Source of the DNA: Callorhinchus milii
Lineage: Eukaryota
DNA: 64,000 bases
Direction: 5' to 3'
Assembly (NCBI RefSeq): GCF_018977255.1
Contig: NW_024704742.1
Span: forward strand, 22,880,001-22,944,000
The translations under genes were made by a program, and so were the position numbers. The notes beneath the pieces are model-generated. The model was not told the origin of the DNA and did not search any database. It was given only the letters and a program-made list of their open reading frames with translations. Position 1 is the stretch's first letter. Every line of letters begins with the position of its first letter. This document shows positions 50,701 through 63,649 of this stretch, one piece after another.

Positions 50701-53700
50701 TAGTAAAGCAAACTCTTTGGCAAGTTGTGGTCAAGTGAATGCAAAAGTGAACCCTCAACAATTATCTCGAATGTTATTCAGCCAACAAGCTTGGATGGGA
50801 ATGTGAGTGCGTAATAGTTTAGATATAATGCCAAAAATGGGTATATACAGTAATACATTATTGCCTTTTACCCTTTTTAATGGCTACAGCTACAGCTAGA
50901 GCAGTATTTCATTGCTTTTTTTTTACCCAGGTACTTTTTTGCATGGTGTGGCTCACAGGAGGAATGAAATTGAGAGGTGGAACAAAAGTTACCAACAACA
51001 GCAACAAAATTACATTTGTATAGCGCCTTTCACATCACCTGGCTAAACAAATTTGGCAAACTGGAATGAATTTGAAAACTAGTTTTTACAGACAAACTCC
51101 AGCTTCCCCTGGAGGATGAGTTCTGGCAGTCAGTCTCACTGAGGGAAAAATCCCTCCCTGCACCAGCCAAGCACACCTCTCGGGAGTTTGTTTGAGTTCA
51201 CAACATTAATGACAACTGTGGAATTCCTTCTAGCTTCACTGAATCTTAGACCTCAGACCAATCCTCCGACTGAAGACATGAAGGCCGGGTGGAGGAGAGG
51301 GAAACAGTTGCATGCAATGGTCGGGATTTTACTGTGATCAGTTCATACAGTGACTAACACAGGCAGAGATCAGGCACCTTCCCTCCAAAGCTATTTTTCA
51401 CCAGTAGTAGTAGGACTATTTTAAGATTTAATTTTCTTACTGGAGCAATTGAGCTGTTTAAGCATTTGAAATATGTAGAATTGACATAAATGGGATGGAA
51501 TTCTACCTTGGCACAAGGTTGTCTACTTGGCTCAGTCTGTAGGATTCTAGCCTCCGGGTTGGAGGAGGATGGGATCAACTCCCATGTTGGGACTTGAGTT
51601 GATAGTTTAAGTTGCAGTGCAGTACTGGAGGAATGCTATTGTATGTTACAGGACACTGTTTAGGTATCTTGGCCAGTAATTCTTGAGATTAAAAGGTCAC
51701 TCACCTCATAGCTGTTTGTGGAACTTTGCTGACTGATGGTTTTGCCTACAGTACAGTTGCTACACTTGGCAGTCGTAGGAACATATGAACAGAACCAGGC
51801 CATTCAGCCCCTCAGTTATAAAATTAGTTTATAATTTATATTTTTAGAATTATAAAATTATAAAAATTCAGCCCCTCATTTATAACTTTATAAAAATAGT
51901 CATTGTCTCTGAAGTGTTTTGAGAGATTTTGATGTTATAAACATTGAGATGTCTAGAAAATGTGAAAAGCGCTGTATCAAATGCAAGGATTATTATTATT
52001 ATTAAACAGTTGTATCAAATGCAATCCTATACCAATAAATGCTTGAAGACTGAAATTTCAACTAGACTTAAGCTGTGAAACAATTTTGCTTTAAATTTAA
52101 CATGATGCATAATCGTAGAGAATTCTTAATTTGGAAGCTTTTTTTTCAAGAACTTGTGGAAAATCGGCTTAAAAATTAAGATAGAATTTAAGGACGTTTG
52201 CACAATTTTGTGCAATCTTACATTTTAAGACAAAGAGTCTTGCGGTCTACAAATACGTGGAATATCAAGGCCTCTGATCCTAGGCATGTGGATGAGGAAA
52301 CTACTTTTTAACCAATGATTTCCACAAATTGTAAAAATCAGGAAAACCAGCAGCTGTAAGTTCCTTTATTAAGTCCATACAAACAATAAGCCATTGCTAA
52401 TAATGGATGACAGGTGAAATCTGTTTTTATTGGTGTGAGTCTGGAAAGTCATTGGAAAATGGGGCCATTACAATAACAGAAATTACTGCTGTTACAGCAG
52501 AACAATGGAAGAACATTTATTGCTGGTCCACTTTATTTCAATGCAAACATTTCATTTCTCACACAATTTGTGTATGTGCATAATTTTCCTTGCTAGCAAA
52601 ATGTCTGGACTTGACTTTTAGGTTAATGGCATGTATATTTAACCTCCGTTCATGCAAGGTGATGTTTGAAAAGTGTAAGCGATAATGGTATTGATGAGCT
52701 TTTCATAGGCAGAAAAAAATGCAATGAATGAGTGGTGCATCCGAACTCTTCAGTGCTACTTAAAAATCTGTTCATTGAAAAAAATGGTGGAGCAGAGCAA
52801 TTCCAAGGAATCCTAAAAATAGGCTGATCATGTGGCCACAATGATGATGAGTCAGAAGTACTGATCTTCAGGCCATATAGTAAAGTGGAAGTGAAGTAGC
52901 GTCCAAAGATTTAGTTGGTTCTCCTCAGTTGCCTTATATTGTAGCTGCTATTTTAACCCGCTCGACATTAGCATAAACATCACAATATTTTTAGGCCTCA
53001 TGCTGAGAAGTTGCTTATAATAATAACCTTTGCATTTTGTACAGCTCCTTTTCATATTAAAATGCCTCAACATGCTTCACAGAGGTTTTGTTTTCCCTTA
53101 TAAAGTGCAGTGTTTGTGCATTTGTGAATTTGCCAACAGCAAATTTCCACAAACAGCCATTAATTGAATCTGAAAGGTAGATCTTATATGATACAACTTG
53201 CAATACTGACGTACATGCAGCCTGCTAGATAGCAGGATAACGGCTTAAAATCTGAGCTTTTTGTTTTGCAAAAATATTTTTTTTAGGCAAAAAAAATACA
53301 TTTTGTTTAGTAAACATTCCTGAAAGCCGGCAGTCAAAAGTTGGGATCCGAACTGTGTGTTCTGGCTTCAGCATTAAGAACAGTGTGGGGGTAGAGCAGT
53401 CAGTCAACATTTGAATACTTTAGAAATTTCTAAATTGTAATCACATGTTGATGGCTTAATGATGGCTTAATTATAGATCATCAATAAAGAGAGGTTGAAG
53501 CCACATACTTTGCTCATCAAGATTGAGGCCTCATTGACCCTCATTGTATATAATCAAAAGGAATATGCTCCATGATGTAACGCACACTAAGTTTAAAACT
53601 GAAGTGTAAGTGTAACTTTTTAATTTATTTTCCAATCTTCCAACAAGCTCACCTATAAATCACAGGCACTACACCATAGCAAATACTGTGAAGCGCCTTT

Positions 53701-54329
53701 AGACATCTCGATGACATCAACAACTTGCTTTAATGGCAACATAATAAGGTGCTACATCAAATGCAAAGATTATTAATACCAGGACAATTGTGGCTGCCAG
53801 ATGCTTTCACACGTTGCGGCTTGAGTATAATGCAGATGACGGGCGAGTGCTGGGTCTGGAGTTCAGCACTGAGCCAAGTTCTGGCTAAAAATAGCATGTG
53901 ATAACCATCCTCTCAGGGGCACGGCTTTGAAGGAATTTCTGAATTTGAACTGTGGTTCGTGTCGTCTTCTCTGCGGTATTGCTAGTGCCTCTTTGTGTGT
54001 TTATGAGAAGCTATTCTGGTGCTAAACCTATTTTTGGTGTTACATTTTGCAAAAACAGCCAAAGTGCATTAGAGAACAAGTGGTAAACATCACATATTAA
54101 GGGGAGAATGTGATTAAAGTGAAGCATTTGTATCATATTAATATACACCATATAAAAATGGAGTTTTCCCCCAATAAAATAATTTCATTACGAGAAAGAC
54201 TTATCCATATATACAATACATTACAATACAAAATTATATTTGTATAGAACCTTTCAAGTACTGTGTATCCGTTTTGGGAATTCAATCTTAGTAAGAACAA
54301 CCTTCACCAACAATACATGGACTGAAGAG

Positions 54330-54590
54330 GCTTATCTGTGATGAGAGGCTGGATGGGATTGGGTTATATTCCTTAGAGCAGAAGAGGTTAAGGTGAGGAT
54401 TTTACAAAAATGAAAGAAATTATAATGTCAGATAGTGGGCCACTATTCCCTTTGGTCAAGGGGCATAGCCTTAGAATCACAACCAACAAGGTGTGAACTG
54501 AGGTGAGGAACCATTTTTTCACACAGTGGTTTGTGATGATGTTAAATGCTCTGTCCCAGGAAGTTGTGGAGGCATTGGGATTAAAAGATC
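54330..54590 (+). mobile_element. CR1 LINE 3' remnant
   Basis: ERLDGIGLYSLEQKRLR, RGHSLRI, FFTQWFV and NALSQEVVEA motifs. Confidence 0.72.
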
Positions 54591-54814
54591 TATCGAGTGA
54601 AACAGGATTGAGGGGCTTCATGGCTGTTTGTGGGGCATAGCTGTGCACAAAATGGCTGCTACATTGAGCTACACATTTTTTTGACATATAGCAGCATGTC
54701 GGGTAACAATCTGTGCAGCACACGAGGGGCTCTATAGTCAGGCCAAATAGGAGGGGAGGGGAAAATAATGAGCATCCCTGTCTAATCTATCACCAGAAGG
54801 GTTGCATGGGACTT

Positions 54815-55194
54815 ATAATAATAATTTAACAATCCTTTCATTTGATATAGTGCCTTATGACGTCTTAGAGACGTCTCAAAGCCGTTCACAGAATATACTA
54901 CAAAGTGAATTGACTGTATATTTTGTGGGCAAAACCAGGAGCCAATTGCACGCATTAGTGTCTCACAAACAGTCGTGGATTGAGTGACCAATTATTATTA
55001 TTTTTTCAAGGGTTTATTAACTCCAGAAAAGTGACCCGCCAATTGATTAAACAACCGTATTCCTACTTTCTGCTAGGTAAACAGAGGTGAGTGGAATAAG
55101 GAAACTTGCCCAGCATTTCACCCTGCCCGGGAATCGAACCCAGGTCCTCTCACTTGCAAGGCAAGTGCTCTAACCACTAAACTACAGGACCCCC
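54815..55194 (-). mobile_element. Full-length SINE, longer subfamily
   Basis: Tail, core, extra segment and tRNA head (GGGAATCGAACCCAGG...CTAACCACTAAACTACAGGAC). Confidence 0.88.
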
Positions 55195-55871
55195 AACTCC
55201 AATAGCTACTTGTGAATATTGAAGATGTGCATTGGGAGTGGTGTGTTTGGATTCAACATCTGGATCTGACCTGCTTCTACCACTCAATTGGTGGCACTGT
55301 ATACAGTGAGTCTTTGATTCTAGATGTTTCTTCACAGGGAATGAGATTTTGTTTGTTAGCTGGGTGTTTGATACATAAAGAAACCCTCATCACCATGTTT
55401 AAGAGTATCCAAACCAGACGGTATTGCAATCAGAAGTGTTATTGCTTAAACTATTATTTTAGTTCAGCTAGAAATGCAATTATGCAATTGTTAGTCCATA
55501 TTGGAATGATTTGTAGTCAGTATAAACCTAATCAGTCAGCTAAATTGTAGCATTTAGATCTAAGAGTGACGCATGTTATGGGTTAGTTGGCATAACTTGA
55601 GGTGAAATATAATGGGAAAATGACAGTGTGAGTACGTTGAAGAGTTAAATTGGTCAGAAGTAAGAAATGTGTTTATTACAGCTGCAGCTCTCTTGTTAGT
55701 TGTTGATGTAATGGCCCTACATTGTTTTGATTTGAATCAGCTCATGTCTATGACCCAAGGACAGTCCCAGCTTGTTTGAACCAACCTGAAAACAGCTATC
55801 AGGTGGGTGAGGAGGTGCAGATTTGCACACACCATCCTGATGTTTAAAGAAAAGGACAGTTATAGAGAAGG

Positions 55872-56206
55872 TAATAATAATAATAATAATAATAATCCTT
55901 GCATTTGATATAGCGCTTTTCACGTCGGGAGGACGTCCCAAAGCGCTTCACAGAACACACTGTAAAGTGAATTGACTGTATATTTGTGGGCGAACGCGGC
56001 AGCCAATTGCGCACAGCAATGTCCCACAAACAGTCGTAGATTGAAAATGATCAATTTTAATTATTGTTTTTAGTTTTGGAGGGATTATTATTAGGCTCTG
56101 TGTGGAGTAAGGAAACTTGCCCAAGGTTTCGCCCTCTGCCTGGAATTGAACTCAGGTCTCTCACTTGCAAAGCGAGTGCTCTAACCACTGAGCTACAGGT
56201 CTCCAC
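55872..56206 (-). mobile_element. Full-length young tRNA SINE
   Basis: Near-identical to 18090-18420. Confidence 0.94.
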
Positions 56207-56859
56207 AAAGCTAAGCTATACTTTGTTCAGTCAGAATTGGTCATCTTAGTGTTGTGTTTGAGTTAGTGAGAGAGCGACTATGTTTTCCTCTCCTCCAGGA
56301 AAGCAGAACTTCTACCTGAGGTTTTGTTATACAAGCCACTTGACCTCGATTGTTCCAAGGTTTCAGCAATTGCAGCAAAATTGGAAAAGAAAAATGCAGA
56401 AGAGAACAGAAGAACTGCAATGGTGTAAGAATACAACTGCAACACAACTGCTAGAGATTCAAAACTCGCTATTCAACAACAGTAATTTGCCCTTATATGC
56501 GCCCTCCATGCAAGGTAGCATCTCAGAGTGCTTAGAATGCTGTTGAGCACTATTATCTCAATGCTGGTTGAGCGCTATTACCAACTGTACCTTAGAACGA
56601 ACCAAAGCAAGAGGTGATCACCTACTACTTATGGACTTTGATATTTTCATTACAGTAACATTGCTGTGGGTATAACAGCAGAACAGCAAATATTGTCATA
56701 ATCCCGCCTATTGTAACTGCTATTGAACTATTCTGCCTTAAGTAAAAATAACTTTAAAATATAAAATATAAGTGACTTTGGTTCCTTTGTTCACGGTTCC
56801 GAATATAAAATTTTGGCTAACAGAATTAACTGGTCTTTTCCGGCCACACCTTTTGTCCC

Positions 56860-57300
56860 AGACTGCAGCAGAGTGTATAAGCATTTACATGTACCACCGA
56901 CACATGGAAATTTCCCTGTGGTCTGGAATGGCATGCACACTCTCTCCCTTCATGGAGGATCACTTCATGCTTACCTAATTCCAGAGAATATTGAGTGCCA
57001 GTTGGCAAGAGCCAAGGCATAAGGATCCTAACACACATTCTCGGGTCTTTAAACCTTGGCTTAAGAGCGTGAGTTGGGGTACTGCTCAAACTGCATAGCT
57101 TGCCATTGAAAAGTGTTGTCTGGCAAGCTTCCCGCTGCTTTTACAAGTAGGACAACCCTATACAGGTTGCAAGAGTTAACATTTTCCTGGGAAGAGTCCC
57201 TACCCCCAGTGACTTGTCTGCCCCTATACGCCCTGTGGATGAGCTGGGCTGGCTGATCTGTCATCAGCGGTGCCCTGGAACACTGTGAACCTGCCAGAAT
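56860..57300 (+). mobile_element. Unidentified dispersed repeat (copy 3)
   Basis: Bridges copy 2 (LARAKA block) and copies 1/4 (WEESLPPVT block). Confidence 0.6.
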
Positions 57301-58769
57301 AAGTGTCTGAGAAATGGTATTGCCAGAGGGCTAGGAACAAGTGTTGATGCTTCCCTCTCAATCAGGAAAATACTTTGAGGGCATTCTGGTGGAGGTAAGT
57401 TAGACCTACAAAGAGGAAAGAAAATGAAATGCAAAAAAGGAATAAAGTTTTCAAATATTCTCTTATTGTTGAGTGAAAAATTGGAAATGCTTCAAATGCT
57501 ATAACAATATCAGTTATTTTAATTAAGATTGACTATTCTACAATGTCACTGTAACCTTTCACCAGTACAGGGCAGGTCACAGCATTTACAACAGTGAGGT
57601 CTTTCTCTTTGGCTAATTCAGTAACTACCATAGGCGGCCCATTTTACATATGCTACAGGAGAATTACCAGCTGGTGGTAATTCTATTACACTTCAACACT
57701 AACAACCTCTGTCCCATTTGAATGATGTAGTGAAAACTGTATAACCAGCTCATGGAAACTCTTAGGCTTCTTGTTCGCAAAATGATGTTCTCATCACTGC
57801 TTCACAGCAGCAATTTGAATGAGCCTTACTTTAAAATGTCAGCATTCCCTTTCCGATGCCAAAAATACATCATGGATACAGGGTATGGCAGGGTCAAAAT
57901 TTATTCCACAGGGGAGGAAGGGTGCATTAGAGTTAGCACATGAGCAGCACAATTCCTTCATGGGAGAAATGTCTTTACTTTCCACAAATATTCCACTCAA
58001 TCTTTTTATGGCTTCATATATAATCTCCATGAAATAATTTTCTGCAGCAATATTTCATACAAACTACTGTACATTTAAGCACAGATAAGAAAAAAAAATT
58101 TCTTTGTTGAAATGATTTATGATTCACACAACAGTAATATTATTTATGTGGTGTCAAAAACATCAATGGATCTCAACTTGCTTCACAGAGGATTTTTGTC
58201 AAATATAGTGACTGTACATTTATAATCAAATGCAGTTGCCAATGTGTACACAGCAACAGCCCACAAACAGCCATGCAGTGAATGACAACAACAACAACAA
58301 AATTGCATTGTAAAGTGCCTTTCACGTCGGGAGGACAAATTTTATCTGAAGGATTCTTGGCCAGGACACCAGGAGAAACCCCTTTTAGAACATTCATGGG
58401 ATCTTTAATGTCCACCTGAACAAGCGGATTGGATTTCAGTTTATTGTTTTATCTAAAGGATGGAATATCCTGATATTGGATAATTTGGGGGCTTAAGACA
58501 GAACTACCATTACAAATGGGTGTAATTGTGACTCTTCTTTCATTGATTTGATTTCAGAAAAATCACAGACCCAGCGAAAGGAAAGGTTATTCGATAGAGA
58601 TGTTGAACAATTCTGTTGGAGAAGGTGTTAAAAGTATTAAAAGTTTTCAGACTGCATGTTACCTTCAGATGTTGTCCTTTGACCCCACTACAAGACTTTT
58701 TTTTGCATGAGATAAACTAGTGAGTCCATGCTTAAGCACAGACCCAACAAAGTGGGCATTGGTTTCAGG

Positions 58770-60067
58770 TGTTTTTGGCCTGTGCTGCTCACACCACAGA
58801 AACTGCTCTGTTCAAGGTGACAAATGACATTTTGTCCATCTGTGACCAGGGCTCCCTCTGCCTCCTCGACCTCTCTGCTGCCTTCGACATCATGGACCAC
58901 TCCATCCTCCTCCATCGCCTCTCCTCTCACCTCAATCTTCAAGGTTCTGTCCTTGAATGATTCAGGGCTTCTCTCTCACACCGCCTCCAATTTGTCTCTG
59001 CCAACAGTTTCTCTTCCAGCTCCCGCATAGTCTTGTGTGCTGTTCCTCAGGGCTCTGTCCTCGGTCCCCTCCTCTTCAGCCTCTACATGCTCCCTCTTGG
59101 TGACATCATCCGCAGACATGGGGCCAACTTCCACATGTATGGGGATGATACCCAACTCTATCTCTCTGCCTCCACCCTCGACTCCAAGACAATTGACATC
59201 CTGACAGACTGTCTGTCTGACATCAAGTCCTGGATGAGAGCAAACTTTTTACAGCTGAATGTCAGCAAGACCGAGGCCCTCCTGATTGGCTCGCACCAGC
59301 GCTTCTGCACCTCAGGCACTGGCAGCATCCACGGTTGCACACTCCACCTCCCAAGCCAGAACCTGGGCATCTTGTTCGACTCTCAATTGTCCTTTCTCCC
59401 GCATATCCATGCCTTCCCCCACCTCCGCAACATTGCCCAACTCTGCCACTGCCTCACACCTCAGGTCGATGAAACCCTCATACACACATTCATTACCTCA
59501 AGGTTCAACTATGGAAACTCCCTCCTTGTTGGTCTCCACAACTCTTTCCTCCATAAGCTGCAGATCATCCAGAACTCTGCAGCTCGTGTCCTCTCCCGCA
59601 CCAGGCTCCGTGACCCCATTGCACCTACCCTCGCCCGGCTCCACTGGCTCCCCATCCCTCAGAGGATTGAATTCAAAATCCTCGTCCTCACTCTCAAGGC
59701 CCTCCACAGCCTTGCCCCCTCCTACATCTCTGATCTGCTGACCTCCTATCTACCAGTCTGCTCCCTCCGCTCACCAGGCTCTGGCCTGTTCCAGGTCTCA
59801 TGCCCGATCCGCCCTACCATTGGCTTTCAGCCTCTCTGCCCCTACCTTTGGAACTCCATCCTACAATCCCTTTGCCTTGCTCCCTCTCTTGCCTGCTTCA
59901 AGGCACGACTCAATACCCTCCTTATTGACCGTGCCTTCCTACCTCCTCTACCCTCCCTCATCTCAACCCTTCCCTCCAACGCTCGGGTCCTGATCCCTGA
60001 CAGTTCAGCGCCTTGGGACGTCCTCCCGACGTACAAGGCGCTTTACAAATGTAATTTTGTTGTTGTT
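58770..60067 (+). mobile_element. 5'-truncated L2 LINE with decayed reverse transcriptase C-terminal half
   Basis: [85 protein letters not shown]; frameshifts/deletions; 3' stem-loop and (TTG)n tail. Confidence 0.95.
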
Positions 60068-60249
60068 TTGCAACAAGCAAATGATCTATGCAGTAATTAT
60101 TGTAATCCATCTGCGTCTGACAATGCCAGTGTCAATCATCGTGAACAGCAATTAACCATGCAGCCGCATGGGAATGCAAATTACAAACTAAGCACATCAA
60201 TTAACTTACCTGCTGATTCATCATTACGTTAAGAGTTTAGAAATAATAA

Positions 60250-60530
60250 ACAATCCTTGCATTTGCTATAGCTCCTGCAATGCTGAAATGTCTGAAAGCA
60301 CCTCACAGGGAATTTCTGTAAAGTGTGGTGACTGTGTAGTTGTAGGCAAATGTAGCAGCCAATATGCCTAGAGCAATGGCCCACGAGCAGCCATGAAGTG
60401 AATAATTAATTTTGTCTGGGAGATTGTTGACCAGGACATCGAGAAAAACTCCCTTCTCTTTTTGAATAGTGTCATGGGATCTTTAGCATCCACCTGAACA
60501 AATATACAGGGCCTCAGTTTAACATCTCAT
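60250..60530 (-). mobile_element. Old DeuSINE remnant
   Basis: Reverse-complement tail, core and AATAGTGTCATGGGATCTTTA. Confidence 0.72.
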
Positions 60531-60729
60531 CTAACGAACCAAATCCTGATATTTGATTGTTTCGATCTTCAAACAGAAAAAACATTGCAGCTCTTATAAA
60601 CAGGTGCAGTTTGATCTTTTATCGGAAGATATTCATGGAAGAAATACTCACCGATAATAATATTTTCTACCTTGCAACCGTAATAATATGTTTAACAAAA
60701 GGCAAAGTACTGCAGATGCTGGAAATCTG

Positions 60730-61081
60730 GTATAAACACAGAAGTCACTGGGAACAAGCAACAGGTCAGGCAGCTATCAACAGGTCAGGCAGCTATCCAA
60801 TCTATGGAGAGAAAAATGAGTTAATGTTTCAGGTCAATGACCTTTCGTCAGAACTCAGTACATTTCTCCACAAATACACAGTCACTACACTTTACAGAAA
60901 TTCCCTGTGAAGCACTTTGAGCATTTCAGCAGTTCAGGAGCTATAGCAAATGCAAGGATTGTTTATTATTTCTTACTGAGTTCTGACGAAAGGCCATTGA
61001 CCTGAAGCATTAACTCATTTTCCTCTCTCCATGGATGCGGCCTGACCTACTGTGTGTTCCCAGCGACTTCTGTGTTTATAC
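60730..61081. mobile_element. Penelope-like inverted-repeat pair with a SINE 3' fragment at the axis
   Basis: Arms 60730-60860 and 60974-61081 are reverse complements; each has a CTGACGA-stem-GAA(A/G)C motif; spacer 60861-60973 resembles a SINE tail (...AAATGCAAGGATT). Confidence 0.7.
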
Positions 61082-61284
61082 ATAATATGCTTAACGCCTG
61101 GTAGTGAGCATTATCAATGCAATCTGAACAGCAGACATTTTGCCGCAATATTCCAGGTGTCTGTAAACAAATGTGTTTATTTTTGCCATAATAAGGGCAC
61201 CTCGTATTAGTAGACTATACACCAAATCTGAAAAATGCTATCATTTAACATGACAGTTTTCATTACTTATAACTAGCTAAACCC

Positions 61285-61930
61285 ACATAGCTTGCCATTG
61301 AGAGTAGTGTTTGGCAAACTTCCTATTGCTTGTCTATGACCTCCCTATCTGTTGGGGATTTGTCTTGCAGGGTTAACAGATACGGAGTGGGAAGAATCCC
61401 TGCTCCCAGTGACTGGTTTGGGTCTCAAAATTCTGCAGGTAGTGGCTGGTTTATGGAGTACTGTGGACCAATGTGGCACAGGAACTGGACTACCAAGACT
61501 GCTAGAGAGAGTTGACTCATTCTGATATTCAATTTCCAAACACGTCACCTTGGGGCCATCTTAGCTCCAAGGAGACCCAGTTTACATTTCTGTAGCCCTC
61601 AATGAGTGGATGGACTTACTATGAGGCTCTTAGTGAACAACACAGGATGAAATGCTTGAGAGCATTGCTACCATTCTCCTGACCATAGCTCAGAAATATA
61701 TCTCTATCCACTGAATGAGTAATGTGTCCATGAATCGGAAGTGCGGAGCTTCAGTAGTTCCTGATTACCTCCGCATACCAATCAAGGCATATACCAAGTG
61801 TTGCATATATGAACGTTTATTTGGGAACCCAGACTCTAGGAAACGCCTTCCAGCCTCAAGCAATTGTCCCATCTCAGAGTTTCCTCATCAACTCTTTCAT
61901 GAACATCTGCCTTCAGTGTGGTGGAACAAC
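61285..61930 (+). mobile_element. Unidentified dispersed repeat (copy 4)
   Basis: LGICLAGLTDTEWEESLLPVTGL and SEFPHQLFHEHLPSVW match copy 1. Confidence 0.6.
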
Positions 61931-63206
61931 CTAAACAAGACAACTCATGACATGCCAGTCAGTTTGATGTTCTCGAGGTTCACGTCCAATAGCATGTACC
62001 AGATTTACTCATCACTAACTGCTTAATCCAGGTCCTCGAGAAGTCTTGAACCTGGATTTCATAAATGGGCTGAAGGAAACCCCTTCACTACATGCCCAGA
62101 TGCTCAGAATCCTGAAGAAGAACCATTTGGACCCATATCTTACATATCACCAGCTTGACCTGCACTGGGATCTCACTGGAGTCGAGGAGAGGCAAGAACA
62201 ACAAGAGTGTCTTTGGCCCCTTTTCAGCGCGGTCCAAAGGATAGTGTTCAAGCATAAATTGTTGTCCATCACAACCCAAAGAGCATGACTGATTAAAGAA
62301 AAAGGGACAGGCAGGAGAGGATAAAGTAAGAGAAAGACCAGAGAAAAGTCCAAGCACAAGATTGTTCAAAAGAATACTGTGATATCATTGTGATGTTGTT
62401 AAGACTATTCTGAAGGGTTTAGTAATGATCGTGAGAGTCGCTTTGTACATTTTGGGGTAAGTGGCTGTGGTATATGTGAATAATTATCACTGTTGTTTCA
62501 GTATTTATCTCTAACTGATTTTATGCGTCACATTTGCCCCTTATCTGTTTATTTCAGTAAGTGTATCATTCATTGTCAGTTGTCTCATCTTTCAATGACC
62601 TCAGTGTGGTGTAAGTGGCTGCCGGGCTGGTTAAATGATATCTGCATCTGGTTTGAGACCGAGTAAAGCATTCACATTCAGAGTGTAATAGATTTAGATA
62701 GGAAATGCTTATTGTTAAGTAAAATAAAATCGGAAATAAAATATAAATATTTGAAGTTAAAATTAAATCTGTTTAAAAAAATATTATTTTTAATGCACAG
62801 TCAGTATATTCTGTCAAGTGCTTTGAGACGTCTCGTAGACGTGATAAGGCGCTTTATCAAATGCAAGGATTATTATTGTTGGAAATAAATGATTGCAGCA
62901 AGTTGTGGTGCTTTTTCTCAACAACTGTCTTTTGGAGATTCTTTTGTATTCAATGACATGAGTTCAAATGAGTTCTTTGTTTCCTTTTAATGAATTTGGT
63001 AGGTGTTTTAGTTAGGTATGATCAGTGCACACATAATAATGTACACACAATTGTTTGCCCAGAAACAAACTGTGGCAAATCGAACTATCATTCATTGTAT
63101 AACAGTTACGGCATTTCTAACAAGTCCCTCATAGTACTTACTATCACTTGTTATTGAAATGAAACTGGAAATTAGGCACTTACCAGGATAACTAGGAATA
63201 ACAAGT

Positions 63207-63645
63207 GTCCTCCTGGCTCAGTAGTAGCACTCGTGCCTCTGAGTCAGAAGATTGTGGGTTCAAACCTTACACTGGGACTTTGAACTCAAAATCTAGGCTT
63301 TCAGCGCCTTGGGACATCCTCCCGACGTGAAAGGCGCTCTATAAATGGAATCTTGTTGTTGTTGTTGTTGTAATGTTCCAATGCAGTGCTGAATTGTTGG
63401 AGGTGACTTTTTTGGATAAGATATTAAACCAAGGTCCCGCCTGCCTGTTTAGATGGTCAATAAAGATCCCATGGCACTATTCAAAATCAGGAGGGAGTTT
63501 CTCCGTGTATCCTAGGCAACAATCTAACAGATAAAATTGTTCATTCACTTCAGGACCGTTTGCGGAATTTAATGGTATGCAAATTGGATGTTGCATTTGC
63601 CTACCTGGTCACTACACATCACATGTGTGGAGCACTTTGAGATGA
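63207..63645 (+). mobile_element. Old DeuSINE interrupted by a ~70-bp L2 3' stub (63301-63370)
   Basis: Head TGGCTCAGTAGTAGCAC...GGGTTCAAACC; body resumes after (TTG)n with TCCAATGCAGTGCTG and AAAGATCCCATGGCACTATT. Confidence 0.78.
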
Positions 63646-63649
63646 TTCT

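Noticed and set aside
59033..60232. 399-aa RT ORF as an active or domesticated gene
   Set aside because: 5'-truncated, no endonuclease domain, internal deletions and frameshifts, and it reads through the (TTG)n tail into flanking DNA.
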